From the NCBI GenBank assembly GCA_973895155.1, contig OZ316892.1:9466283-9530282 (forward strand): a DNA stretch of 64,000 nucleotides, in the 5' to 3' direction. Positions 10,901 through 22,400 of this stretch are shown piece after piece. The notes beneath the pieces are model-generated. The model worked only from the letters and a program-made list of their open reading frames with translations. It searched no databases and was not told the origin of the DNA. Every line of letters begins with the position of its first letter. The first letter of the stretch is position 1. The translations under genes were made by a program, and so were the position numbers. The stretch comes from Marsupella aquatica (lineage: Eukaryota; Plantae; Marchantiophyta).

Positions 10901-13628
10901 TTAAGATAAGTGTGTTTTTCTCTTTTGGTATGAAAGGTTCCTCATAACATGATTAGTGTTTTTTGTGTAGTAGTAACAATATATGGGTCTTGTTAATTTC
11001 AGGATTTCTTCCCTAGATGAGAAGAGGGCTCGTACTTTTGATTGTGGAGTTCAAGGGCAGTTTTGTCAGGACTCCCGGAGTAGCCGACATGACAGGAACA
11101 TTGTTCGTGATGTTGTGCCACACTATGGGAAGATAGAGGAGATTTTGGTGGTCTCATATGACAACCAATCTAAGTTTGAGGAGTATGTCTTCAAGTGCAA
11201 GTGGTTCAAAGTGAACCTTGTTGGTAATAATCGCACTGTACTCCAAGATGAGAGTGGGTTTACACGGTTGAGGATGAGGTGTTTACAAAAGGCAGTAAAT
11301 AGCAAACAACAAAATATAATAGGAACTGGTAACAGCAAAATTTCCTGTTTTGGGAGCACATTTCTCCTGGTATTGTGGCAAAATTAAAAAAATCCGTTCC
11401 TAAAATACTGATAATTATGCGATGCCAAATATTAGCGCCGGGAGTCTACAGGAAAAATAATCACAAACGCATCATGCCGAATACTAGCGCCGAGCGTTAA
11501 AACCCAAAATAATGACACATTAATCGCCCAAACATGCCGAATACTAGAGCCGGCCGCTTCCAATTCTTTGTGCAGAAAATCACGAGAACCTAGGATTGAT
11601 GTTCAGGCTGAGATCCAAGTAGAAACCAAACATTAATAATAGTCTAAGTTCAATATCAAAGCACAGAGATGTAGGACTTAACCAAGGTATCTGAGTCATA
11701 ACTTCTAAAGGGAAATTGAAAGAAAAGAAACCCGAGATTTTTTATTTAAGTGAAACATATTGTCCTCGGTGTACAAATATTTCTACTTAGGAACACTAAA
11801 GTTTCCAGAACAATTGTAACTAGCGCCAGGCGCTAACACTCCCGGTGGGTGCCTCCTCGTACAATGTCCTATCTCGAAGAGTGACATTCATCATCAATCC
11901 CAGAGTCCTGACAATCTGGATCTTGGTGGAAACCATCTAATTGGAAGTTGACATATGCTCTCGTGGGCCGTTGATAAACTGGCCTTCCATGGAATCGAGA
12001 AGGAGAAAAATGAGAGAAATGGACTTTGAAAGAAACAATAGTATGTCAATAAGGGGCTTGGATTTATCGTTATAGGTCCTCTTGTCGGTACTAGTCTTTG
12101 AGTGAAAGCCAAATGACACTAGGGCGGAAACGACAAATATCAAACGGAAGCTTCCGACGTGTTTTTTGGGTAGCGGCGGGCGCCAATTAACCAAGCCGAG
12201 GAACCCACACAAAGGACGGTACTCAAGACCACATTAACCATTGAATGGAAGGGGCAACATCCCTAAAACTCAATTCATTTTTAATAAATTCAATAGCGCC
12301 CGACACTAACAAAAACCAAGGGCATACTCGTACAGTTGGGAGGAAGTTTGACCTGAGAGAGGAGAAAATTGCTACCCTTCAGAGTCAGATTCTGAGCTCT
12401 CATTCTGGGAGCTATGAGATCTGTCAGTCGACTCTGCCTCATCATCAATATACTTTCTTCTAGAAACATCATCTACGTAGGGGTTCCTCATGAACTTCCT
12501 ATCTACTCCCCTAAGAAGCCTAAGTCCTTTTGTTTCCCAGTAGAGCGTTCTAAATTTCTCTACCTTCCTCGCGACGTTCTCAGCGTATGATGGCAACACA
12601 AACGGCTTCTCGGGAGTGATGATTACATTTCGAGCCACTTTCCTCCGGAGTTGAAACCGTTTTCTTTGGTTCCATTCTGACCTGCTCAAAAGAGAAGCAG
12701 AAGAGAAAGAGGAAGTAAGTACTTAACCGATAGAACTGGCGGAATTGAAGATTAGCCAACAATTGAAAGGATAAAGGAGCTTACGAGAGACGAAAATTAC
12801 TCGGAAGACTCTTCGCTGTCCTCCGTTGACCCATCATGTCGGGTTTCCTCTTTCCCGCCGTCATTGACATCCTCAGGAACATCATCTTCTGGCGTCCCAT
12901 CATCTTCGTCCGAATCAAAGTTGAGGACAGATCTAAGTCTATCTTTCTTTTTTCGTCCGGTTATTTGAGGAGGGGGAGGTTGTGTCTCCAAAGGTTTGGG
13001 AGAAATGAGGTCCAAAAAAATCCTCGAAGTGGTCTCAACAAACTCCCGACGATTTTCTAACCCGATGACAAAATGGCCCGAGTAATCCCCAGCAATGAAC
13101 GTACTACCTGAGCCAACGGTCCAATCAATTACAATATCCTTAGGTATTGTAAAGAGTTCAAGGACAGTTTGCATAAAACCAACCGGCAATCGGGAATTCC
13201 CAGTAAAATGGAGTTCAGGACAATGATCTTCCTTCAAAGATTGTAGCCCAATAAGGTTCGAGATTGAAGGATCTTCAGCGCTAGATAATGGCTTGAATCT
13301 TGGATCCTTTGGGACCTTTCCTTTAAAAGAAAATCGACAAAATATGTCCAGTCTAAGAGTGAAGACCTGCAAAAGTTGACGAACCAACTGGATTTCAAAA
13401 ATCTTTTACTCATGAGAGAAGACCTCCTAAGAAAGAAAGAGTAGCGTCGGGCGCTAGTATAGCTATACTGAGAGAGAACATTTACCTGGACATCTGTCTT
13501 GGATCTGTACATTGGGACAGACATGAAAACGTTGTGCGTATTGATGCACATGAACTTCTTGGATTGCTGACATGCAGAAATGACCTGGGAAATCTGATCG
13601 TGGTCATCCGAGTATAAGATAGCGAGCA

Positions 13629-14103
13629 TGTTGGGTATTTACTCTTACGTCTAGGTTAGGTATGACGTGGTTGGTACAACAACGTGGGTTGGTACAACTA
13701 CGTGGTTAGGTACAACTACGTGATTAGGTACAACTATGTGGTTAGGTACAACTACGTGATTAGGTACAACTATGTGGTTAGGTACAACTACGTGATTAGG
13801 TACAACTATATGGTTAGGTACAACTATGTGGTTAGGTACAACTAAGTTGCACACTATATCATAAGAGGCATGTGTGCTTGGAGAGGTAGAACCAAGGCTC
13901 ATTGTTATGGAGCCACTTGAGAGATAGGGAGAGCTTACACTGTGGAGACTCGGTATAGCCGACGGGCTTAGAGTTCAGTAAAGCTCTCTTGTGTGTTCCC
14001 GTGGACGTAGCCTCAAGGAGGTGAACCACGTATCTCTTGTGTCGACTATTGTGCGTTGGATGGTTCATGGGCTTGCCGTTGCGATCGTCGTCTATGCTCA
14101 ACA
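13629..14103 (+). repeat. 5' LTR with internal 18-bp tandem array
   Basis: TGTTGGG...CTCAACA; near-identical to 18956-19430; (TGGTTAGGTACAACTAYG)n at about 13667-13845. Confidence 0.97.
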
Positions 14104-14105
14104 AT

Positions 14106-14117
14106 TGGTATCAGAGC
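14106..14117 (+). promoter_or_regulatory. Primer binding site for initiator tRNA-Met
   Basis: TGGTATCAGAGC 2 nt after the 5' LTR. Confidence 0.95.
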
Positions 14118-14555
14118 ATGCTTGGGAGGTGACGTGTGTTCGTGACGGGATTTCATGATGGTTTTTCCAGCGTTGAGTGTTGGTGGATTATCCAGAGTTC
14201 CATCGCATGGAACTTGGAGTTTATGGGCTCAACGGATAGATCAGGGCAAGAGCTTTCTAACGGTGTGAAGAAATCGTTGAACGGAGCTCGTGGTGCAGAG
14301 AGATCTAAGTTTTCGTCGTTCTGGATTTTGTGAAGAAAGTTGGCAATCGACTCGGAGGGAGAAGCGTCAAGTGTTTTGACTCAACGGAGAGATTGAGGCA
14401 AGACGATTGTTTTTGAGTCCGGGATTGGCTCTTTGATGCAAAGAGGAAGGCTAAGCAAAATCAATTACCTTGTTGGACTTGGTGACGACACCAAGTGCAA
14501 TTGATCAACATTCGTTGTTGACAAGGGGCAGAGAGAGGAGCAGGAGGAAGAGCAC

Positions 14556-15491
14556 GTGACACCGATACCATCACCGGTGCGGCGTGTGGTGGAGGAAGCA
14601 GTACTACTACCGGAGCTCACGGTAAAGAAGAAGATGGGGACTTTCAAGCTTGGGGGACCCAAGTATGAAGTGACAAAGTATGATGGGCGCTCTGACTACT
14701 TGCTATGGGAGAAGCAAGTGAAGGGAGTGCTTTATGCGTCAGGGATGGGCCAACTGCTGAGCCCTCGTGAAGACGATGTTGATGAGAAACAATGGGACCG
14801 CATGCAGGAGCAGGGAGTGTGGTGTGTTACACTCTATCTCATGCCTCCCATCATCAAGCAGTTAGGTGCACATAAGGATTGCATGTCCTTGTTTGCGGAA
14901 TTGCAGAGCAAGTATCACCGCAAGGAGTTGTCGAACCGGCTCTACACTTCCTACAAACTGATGAGTTTCAGGATGAAGGAATCTGGTACGAAGTTGCAAG
15001 ACCATGTGGATGCTTTCAACGACATGGTCGTTGACTTGGAAAACCTTGGGGAGACTTTGAATGATGAGACGAAGGCTCTGCAGCTTCTTAGTTCATTGCC
15101 TCCACCTTACCAGTCCCTATCACGAGTGTTGTTGCATCGTGATAGGGATACCATTTCATACAATGACGTGGTAAGTTCTCTGCTTAGTGATGATCTTCAG
15201 CAGAAGATGCACATCACGTCACAGCCTTCATCATCTGGAGTTGCCCTCAATGTTAACCGTGGGAGGAGTATGCAGCGACCAACTGGGGACCGTAGAACCC
15301 AGTTTAGATCTAAATCCAGATCTAAGTCCAAGGGTAAATCCCCTCAGAGGAGGCAGGTGACATGTTGGAAGTGCAACCAAGTTGGACACTTCAAGCGAGA
15401 CTGTAAGGGAAAGGCAGCGGAAACTTCATCGGCAAATGTGGCTAGGGCTGATGGAGAAGCTGATTTACTCAATGATGAGTATGTTTTATGA
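14556..15491 (+). CDS. gag: Copia Gag (likely start ATG at 14635)
   Basis: KYDGRSDYLLW motif, UBN2-like core and zinc knuckle CWKCNQVGHFKRDC. Confidence 0.93.
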   Translation: MTPIPSPVRRVVEEAVLLPELTVKKKMGTFKLGGPKYEVTKYDGRSDYLLWEKQVKGVLYASGMGQLLSPREDDVDEKQWDRMQEQGVWCVTLYLMPPIIKQLGAHKDCMSLFAELQSKYHRKELSNRLYTSYKLMSFRMKESGTKLQDHVDAFNDMVVDLENLGETLNDETKALQLLSSLPPPYQSLSRVLLHRDRDTISYNDVVSSLLSDDLQQKMHITSQPSSSGVALNVNRGRSMQRPTGDRRTQFRSKSRSKSKGKSPQRRQVTCWKCNQVGHFKRDCKGKAAETSSANVARADGEADLLNDEYVL

Positions 15492-18400
15492 AGCCGGGGG
15501 TATGCCCTGTGCACGTCATCTAGGAGAGCAGATGATGTGTGGATTCTTGATTGTGCTTGCTCTTTTCATATTTGTTACATTCGTGAGTTTTTCAGTTCTT
15601 ACTCTGTTTCAAACGGTTCAGTTCTGATGGGAAATGATCACTCCTGTCAAATTGAGGGAATTGGGTCTGTGAAGATTCAAATGTTTGATGGCGCTGTGCG
15701 CACAGTGTCCGGAGTCAGGTATGTACCTGGCATGCGTAAGAATCTGATTTCACTCGGTGTGTTGGATTCAAATGGTCATCAATGGAGCGTTATTGATGGT
15801 GAACTTCAAGTCAGGTCGGGAGAGACAGTGATTTTGAAGGGGAGTAGACAAAAGAATTTGTATGTGTTACAGGGCAATACTGTATGTGGAGAGGCCAATG
15901 TAACCAAGTCTCACGAGGAGATGACTCAACTGTGGCATTCACGGCTAGGCCACATGAGTGAGAAGGGTTTGGCTATCTTACGGAAGAATGGACTCATTTC
16001 TGATTTGCAATCTTGTAAATTAGAGTTTTGTGAGCATTGCATTCTTGGAAAGCAACATCGTCGTGCTTTTGGTGTTGGAACTCATCGTTCCAAAGCGGTT
16101 CTTGAGTACATACATAGTGACGTGTGGGGTCCATCCCCGACTCCCTCACACTCTGGAAAGTTGTACTATGTATCATTTATTGATGATTACTCAAGATTTG
16201 TGTGGATTTATTTCATGACGCATAAGTCTGATGTCTTGTCCATTTTTAAGAAGTGGAAGGCCCAGGTGGAGAATCAGACTGGAAACACGATCAAGTGTTT
16301 GGATACAAGGGTGAAGAGTCTGAGGTCAGACAACGGCGGGGAGTACACTTCAATGGAATTTGAAGAGTACTGTTCAGAACAGGGGATAACTCGCCATCTC
16401 ACCATAGTTTATACTCCGCAGCAGAATGGTGTCGCTGAGAGGCTCAATCGGACACTGTTGGAGCGGTCACGGAGTATGTTGAGCCAATCAGGTTTACCAC
16501 AAGAATTTTGGGCAGAAGCTGTCAATACCGCAGCTTATTTGGTAAATCTTTCTCCTTCTAGTGCTATCAATTTCAAAACGCCGTTTGAGATGCGCTATAA
16601 GCGGCAAGCAGACTATCATGGCTTGGTAATTTTTGGAAGTGATGCATATGCTCTCACACCAAAGCAGAATAGGACCAAGTTGGATCCTACCTCCAGGAAA
16701 TGTGTTTTTCTTGGGTACCAGAGTGGTGTGAAAGCCTATAGGCTATGGGATCCTATTGCTTGTAAGCTCGTTGTCAGTAGGGATGTTTCCTTCAATGAAT
16801 CCAGATTATTGAAGGAGGGGGAGAATACTCAGGTCTCCCGTACTGACAAAGGAAAATCTCCTATCCCGGATCTCGTTGAGGGGGAGATTGGTTATGAGGT
16901 GCATGACCGGAGAGAAGGAGTTGCTCCAATTATGGAGTTGGTTCCTATGCCAGAGGAACCAGAGGAGTTTGTTGATGCTGGTGAGCAACAAGTGGATGCT
17001 GTTGAGCTTCAAATTGTACCAGCACACGCAGATCAACCGGAGTCATCGGCTAGAAGAACATCTGGTCGCACTGTACGCGCTCCATCAAGGTATGGACAGT
17101 GGGTTGATTCATCTCAACTGCAAGAGGATGATTTTACAGCTGATGATGAGGGTGATGCGTTAATTTTGGAAGAAGGAGAACCTTCTTCATTTCATGAGGC
17201 AAGTGCTTCAAAAGAGAAGCAGAAGTGGACTGCAGCAATGCAAACGGAGATGCAGTCACTAAAGGACAACAAAACTTGGGAGCTTGTTAAGCTGCCTAAG
17301 GGTCATCAAGTGGTGGACAACAAGTGGATTTACAAGCTGAAGAATAATTCCATAGGAGGTGGATCGAAGGTCTACAAGGCTAGATTGGTAGCAAAGGGAT
17401 TCACACAAGAGAAAGGTGTGGATTACAATGAGGTCTTCTCACCAGTTGCTAAGTACTCTACAATACGACTATTGTGTGTACTTGTTGTAATGTTTGGTCT
17501 GCTCCTAGATCAGATGGATGTTGTCACAGCTTTCCTCTATGGCACATTGGAAGAGGTGATCTTCATGAGACAACCGCTAGGTTTTGTGAAGAGAGGACAG
17601 GAGGAATTGGTTTGCAGATTGCTGAAATCCTTGTATGGGTTGAAGCAGTCACGAAGACAGTGGAACAAGCGGTTTGACGATTGGATTCGGTCACAAGGTT
17701 TTCACAGAAGTGTATTTGACCCTTGTGTGTATTTGAAACCGGTGAAGAATGTTGTCTTTGGGTTCATTGTTTTAGTACTTTATGTGGATGACATGCTAAT
17801 TGCAGCCAAGGATAGGTCTGAGATTGTTAAGCTCAAGGCACTGCTTAGTGCAGAGTTTAAGATGAAGGACTTAGGGCCAGCTAAGAGGATTTTGGGTATG
17901 GAGATCACTAGGGACTTGGAGGCTGGCAAGCTATGGTTGACGCAGAGCAGTTATGCGAGGAAGGTAATTGCAAGGTTCAACATGGAGAATAGCAAGCCAG
18001 TAAGTACCCCGTTGGCTCCACACTTCAAGTTATCATCAACGTTCTGTCCTACGGATGACACAGAGAAGGGGTTGATGTCAAAGGTTCCATATGACAAGGC
18101 AGTGGGGAGTCTCATGTATTTGATGACTTGCACTAGACCTGATCTTGCCATGGCTATGGGCAAGGTGAGCAGGTACATGTCGAATCCAGGGAAGGTACAC
18201 TGGGAAGCAGTGAAGTGGATTATCAGGTACTTGAAGGGTACCGTGGATCATGGTCTTTTATTTGATGTGAATGCAAAGAATGCTAGATCATTGATTGGCT
18301 ATATAGATTCTGACTATGGACAAGATTTGGACCGAAGGAGATCAACAACAGGATACGTGTTCACACTTGGCGGTGGATGCATAAGTTGGAGGTCTACTTT

Positions 18401-18764
18401 GCAGAAGTGTATTGCTCAGTCTACTACAGAAGCGGAGTATGTTGCAGCTGCGGAAGCAGCAAAGGAAGCGATTTGGTTGGATAGACTTATCACTGAAATG
18501 GGATTGCCACAGGGGAATGTGAAGCTCCATTGTGATAGTCAAAGTGCGCTCCACCTTGCTGTGAACCAGGTGATGGACAGCAGAGTGAAGCACATTGACG
18601 TCAGGTACCATTTTATCAGGCAGGCTGTGTCTGATAAATTGTTTGAGCTAGTCAAGATTGATGGTAAACTCAACCCGGCTGACGCATTTACCAAAGTGAT
18701 TCCTTTGGAGAGTTTCTCTAGACACCGTGACGTATTGCAGGTTTTGCAATTGCATCACAAGTAG
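15492..18764 (+). CDS. pol: Copia Pol (protease, integrase, RT, RNase H), same frame as gag after a single TGA
   Basis: Motifs WILDCACSFH, WHSRLGH..CEHC, HSDVWGP, RSDNGGEY, QQNGVAER, YKARLVAKG, LYVDDM, DSDY, KHIDVRYHF. Confidence 0.97.
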   Translation, partial: SRGYALCTSSRRADDVWILDCACSFHICYIREFFSSYSVSNGSVLMGNDHSCQIEGIGSVKIQMFDGAVRTVSGVRYVPGMRKNLISLGVLDSNGHQWSVIDGELQVRSGETVILKGSRQKNLYVLQGNTVCGEANVTKSHEEMTQLWHSRLGHMSEKGLAILRKNGLISDLQSCKLEFCEHCILGKQHRRAFGVGTHRSKAVLEYIHSDVWGPSPTPSHSGKLYYVSFIDDYSRFVWIYFMTHKSDVLSIFKKWKAQVENQTGNTIKCLDTRVKSLRSDNGGEYTSMEFEEYCSEQGITRHLTIVYTPQQNGVAERLNRTLLERSRSMLSQSGLPQEFWAEAVNTAAYLVNLSPSSAINFKTPFEMRYKRQADYHGLVIFGSDAYALTPKQNRTKLDPTSRKCVFLGYQSGVKAYRLWDPIACKLVVSRDVSFNESRLLKEGENTQVSRTDKGKSPIPDLVEGEIGYEVHDRREGVAPIMELVPMPEEPEEFVDAGEQQVDAVELQIVPAHADQPESSARRTSGRTVRAPSRYGQWVDSSQLQEDDFTADDEGDALILEEGEPSSFHEASASKEKQKWTAAMQTEMQSLKDNKTWELVKLPKGHQVVDNKWIYKLKNNSIGGGSKVYKARLVAKGFTQEKGVDYNEVFSPVAKYSTIRLLCVLVVMFGLLLDQMDVVTAFLYGTLEEVIFMRQPLGFVKRGQEELVCRLLKSLYGLKQSRRQWNKRFDDWIRSQGFHRSVFDPCVYLKPVKNVVFGFIVLVLYVDDMLIAAKDRSEIVKLKALLSAEFKMKDLGPAKRILGMEITRDLEAGKLWLTQSSYARKVIARFNMENSKPVSTPLAPHFKLSSTFCPTDDTEKGLMSKVPYDKAVGSLMYLMTCTRPDLAMAMGKVSRYMSNPGKVHWEAVKWIIRYLKGTVDHGLLFDVNAKNARSLIGYIDSDYGQDLDRRRSTTGYVFTLGGGCISWRSTLQKCIAQSTTEAEYVAAAEAAKEAIWLDRLITEMGLPQGNVKLHCDSQSALHLAVNQVMDSRVKHIDVRYHFIRQAVSDKLFELVKIDGKLNPADAFTKVIPLESFSRHRDVLQVLQLHHK

Positions 18765-18944
18765 AGTTTTCTTAAACATTCATTGTAATTACTGATATAT
18801 GCTCTTCCTCATTCCTATGTATTAGGCTACGGCTTAGTTCTGGTTTGCTCTAGTTAGAGAGGGAAACCGGTTTGGTTTCTGTCCAGAACTTCCCGCTGAG
18901 GGATCATATACATTGGCAGTATTACTCTCCCCTAGACCAGAGTC

Positions 18945-18954
18945 AAGGGGAAGA
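18945..18954 (+). promoter_or_regulatory. Polypurine tract
   Basis: AAGGGGAAGA just before the 3' LTR. Confidence 0.85.
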
Positions 18955-18955
18955 T

Positions 18956-19430
18956 TGTTGGGTATTTACTCTTACGTCTAGGTTAGGTATGACGTGGTTG
19001 GTACAACAACGTGGGTTGGTACAACTACGTGGTTAGGTACAACTACGTGATTAGGTACAACTATGTGGTTAGGTACAACTACGTGATTAGGTACAACTAT
19101 GTGGTTAGGTATAACTACGTGATTAGGTACAACTATGTGGTTAGGTACAACTATGTGGTTAGGTACAACTAAGTTGCACACTATATCATAAGAGGCATGT
19201 GTGCTTGGAGAGGTAGAACCAAGGCTCATTGTTATGGAGCCACTTGAGAGATAGGGAGAGCTTACACTGTGGAGACTCGGTATAGCCGACGGGCTTAGAG
19301 TTCAGTAAAGCTCTCTTGTGTGTTCCCGTGGACGTAGCCTCAAGGAGGTGAACCACGTATCTCTTGTGTCGACTATTGTGCGTTGGATGGTTCATGGGCT
19401 TGCCGTTGCGATCGTCGTCTATGCTCAACA
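18956..19430 (+). repeat. 3' LTR
   Basis: Same length as the 5' LTR; only about 2 substitutions seen by eye, both in the 18-bp array. Confidence 0.97.
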
Positions 19431-22400
19431 GAGCATTCCGTCATCGGAAAGGAAAGGGTCCATTGCCCGAAAGAATGATTCGGCTGCTGTGTGATCTGTG
19501 ACATTCCATTTCGGGACCCGACGGTCAACAATTGTGGGTTTCAAACCAGTTGGGAGATAGATGAAACCCGCATTCACCCCAAATGATCGTTCCTTCCCAC
19601 CTCGAATGATTCCTTTATCTCTACACCCCGATTTGATCAAATCCTTACCCCACTTCTCAGCGTCTGAGACCCAATCTGGCTTCTCTTCCTTACTAAATGC
19701 ACTATCAATAAATTCTGCCAAGCTTGATTCAACCATACAGTGTCTTTTGAGTTTGGTCTTGAAAGTCCCCACATCCCGTTGGATACCGGCCCTAGAAGCA
19801 TTATCTCGCGAAGATTCCCAAACATCGATGGTCCTTTTCTTCTTCTTCTTTGTGCTTGTAGCATCCACAGGAACTATAACCTTCCCCTTCTCAACAGGGG
19901 TGATGGGGTCTGGATTGGCACCAGTGTTGGCCTCAGAGACTTCTGGTGTTGCATCGACTTTTGTGTCATCCGTGGCGGCATCAGATTTTCGACCACCTAC
20001 CCAAAATGGTGTCAAGCATAGAAAGAGTGTTAGCGCTAGGCGCTGACCAAACACCCACATTAATTTTGGGAAATAAGACACATTAAACTCACGACACATG
20101 ATAGCGCCAGGCGCTAACAAAGAAGGAAGTCGGAAAAAGGAGGTGTAGATTACGTTTTTTCCCAGACTTGGCACTAGCACTTGCCACAGGGGCATCCGCC
20201 TTGGCTTTGGCTCTTGGTTTTCGGCTTCGATCAACATCAACCACTGTGGTTTCGCATTTTTTTTGCAACTCAGTCGTCGACGAGTTGACGTCCCCCTCAA
20301 TTCCTTGCTTCATGTCGGAGACAAATTGTCTCGGAACTTGGGATTTAGACAGTTTATGGAAAGCATCCTTCTCAGTGTCGTCAAAAGGAGAATCCCATCT
20401 GTCGGTGTCAAGATACCAATGGCAGTGAATTCTCTCCCACTCTAACAATTTCCTCGGTGGAAGTATACCCTCAGCCGGATACATCGAATACAGTTCGGCC
20501 AAAATGTCTCCATCTGCGCAGATGACCCAATTCTGGAAAGCAGTTGGGTAAGCCCAAAAATAGTCAGGCTTCACAATCTCCATGTGCATGAAGAAACGAT
20601 AGACATATCGTTTCGCTTGCTTTTGATTCTTGAGTGTGTAGTCTTCCTTGTCCGGGTACTTGGACATCCACATCGTATTGAAAAACTTACCTTTCACTGC
20701 ATCCCCAAATTTTTTGAAATCATTGCACACTATTTCAACGAGTGAATCATAAGACTCACACTTCCATTCCTCCAATCGATTGGAAGGAATTATTTCACTG
20801 ATTTGCTGGAGGGCAGTCTGCAGCATACCAATAGCAATTCCCTCCACGCTATTCCAAGTTTGCCAAGTGTGGCACCACTACTTCACAGGGTCATCACTAA
20901 CACTTTGTGGATGAAAGAACTGCTTCCTGAGCTCTGGCGTGCAATGCGCTACTAACAAAGTGCTCCTCACTTTGGGGTCGAGGGCGGAGACTGCTGTAAA
21001 TAACCTAGCACGATCCATGGTACAAACAACCGCATCCGGTTTCTTCTCGCGTTTGTTCACCTCGGTCATCGGATACATCTCAGCACAGGTTGTCATGAAG
21101 TCTTCAAACTCTGGACTCAACAAGGGAGTGATCTTTGAGACCTTGATCGCCCAATCTTTCGTTGCTTCTTTCATCATGACCGCATGTCGTTTGGATGTCT
21201 CTTCCTAAGACCAAGGATTTCCCTGAGCGGTAGCCGACTCCATGTCCATCTTGAATTGTCGAGAATAGGATTTAATCTTATTCTCGCATAAGATATACAA
21301 AAGTGCTTCTTGAGGCATTTTCTTGGAATACCATGATCCTTTTCGAGTCTTCTGCATCACCTGCCCAAACTTCTTGAAGTTTGCCCCATCGATGATTGAT
21401 TTGTAGTATTCTAGATCGTTGGACAAAATCCTCTTAATTCGGTCTGCATCAAGTATCCAGGAAGGTTCCACCACGGCCTGTCCAAGTCTACAGAAGAATT
21501 TGTCAGTCAATAGCGCCAGGCGCTAGTAAAACTACGCTATAAAAGATAAGGATAAGTGAAATTCAACGAGAGACTTACTGGTTCACAGTATGCATAGCCG
21601 CCTCAATTTCAATCAAAGATCCCTTTTCACCCTTGAAGATAGTACATTGCACACGCGGGTGATACTTGATATCTTCCGGATTTTCTTTCGTAACGATCGA
21701 CCATGCGTAAAGTCGATGGTTACCGTCAAAAACATAAAACATCTTATCTTGTAACACCATGAAGTCTGGATCGGCCGCACATTCAGCTTCAAACTTCTCG
21801 TTCTCGGCCACCCACATCAGGTCCCAGGAAGCTCGAATTTTTGGAGTACATGTCTGGACATTTCCATTCGAATCTGTCGGCTGGACATAGAACAACATTC
21901 CGATTTTTGAGTTGTATCCTGTGCTACGAAAAGAGTCCTTCAACTTTTCAATTGAAGGACTTCCCTTCTGTAAGGTGCGGACAACTTCCATGTGAACCAA
22001 GCGGCACATTGGAATCCTTGGGGGGTCTTTGTCGTGCCCTCAAAAATCTTTGCCAAACACCATAACGTGCTTGGAGATAACGTCGGACATCGTCAGCGAC
22101 ATTTCTCCTCGATCTTCCATAGCGTATGTGTCAAGATCGTCCATCTTTGCTCTCCTGCTCTTCGGAAATGTGACTACAGAGACTATTTCGGGAGCTTGGG
22201 ATGTTGTAGACCTTGTCACTCGACGACTGTAAACAGATCCAGAAAACGAGCACTCGGATGTCTGCGAATGGATCTGCTCTCTATGCCCGTTAGCACTATA
22301 CCCATGCGAGGTAGTGGGGAGAAGGTCCATGTTTCTCAGACACGAAGTGCTTCACGATCGTGATGAGTACCTCATTCATACCGTACTTCTTCTAGAGAAT

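Larger units (their letters stand above)
13629..19430 (+). mobile_element. Full-length Ty1/copia LTR retrotransposon (5802 bp)
   Basis: Two 475-bp TG...CA LTRs; 5-bp TSD GAGCA at 13624-13628 and 19431-19435; PBS, PPT and gag-PR-INT-RT-RH order. Confidence 0.98.
12372..22330 (-). pseudogene. ParB/Srx-like domain plus beta-class N4/N6 DNA methyltransferase-like fusion gene (multi-exon, split by copia)
   Basis: Phase-consistent exons: about 22330-21579, 21487-20154, 19996-19431 plus 13623-13486, 13366-12800, 12681-12374. ParB motif FYVFDGNHRLYA at about 21705-21740. MTase motifs FIYLPTG...FFRAMDPFLSDDGMLAI and LELFTIPKDIVIDWTVGSGST...VIGLE (13055-13192). In-frame stops at 22040, 21205, 20878. 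Confidence 0.75.

Noticed and set aside
13660-13850. CRISPR-like array or VVPNH repeat protein (also 18990-19170)
   Set aside because: Contiguous 18-bp tandem with no unique spacers, inside LTRs; the ORFs are by-products of the repeat
12372-22330. Bacterial contamination or prophage as source of the ParB/MTase motifs
   Set aside because: The gene has phase-consistent GT-AG introns and is nested in plant-type transposons with intact TSDs
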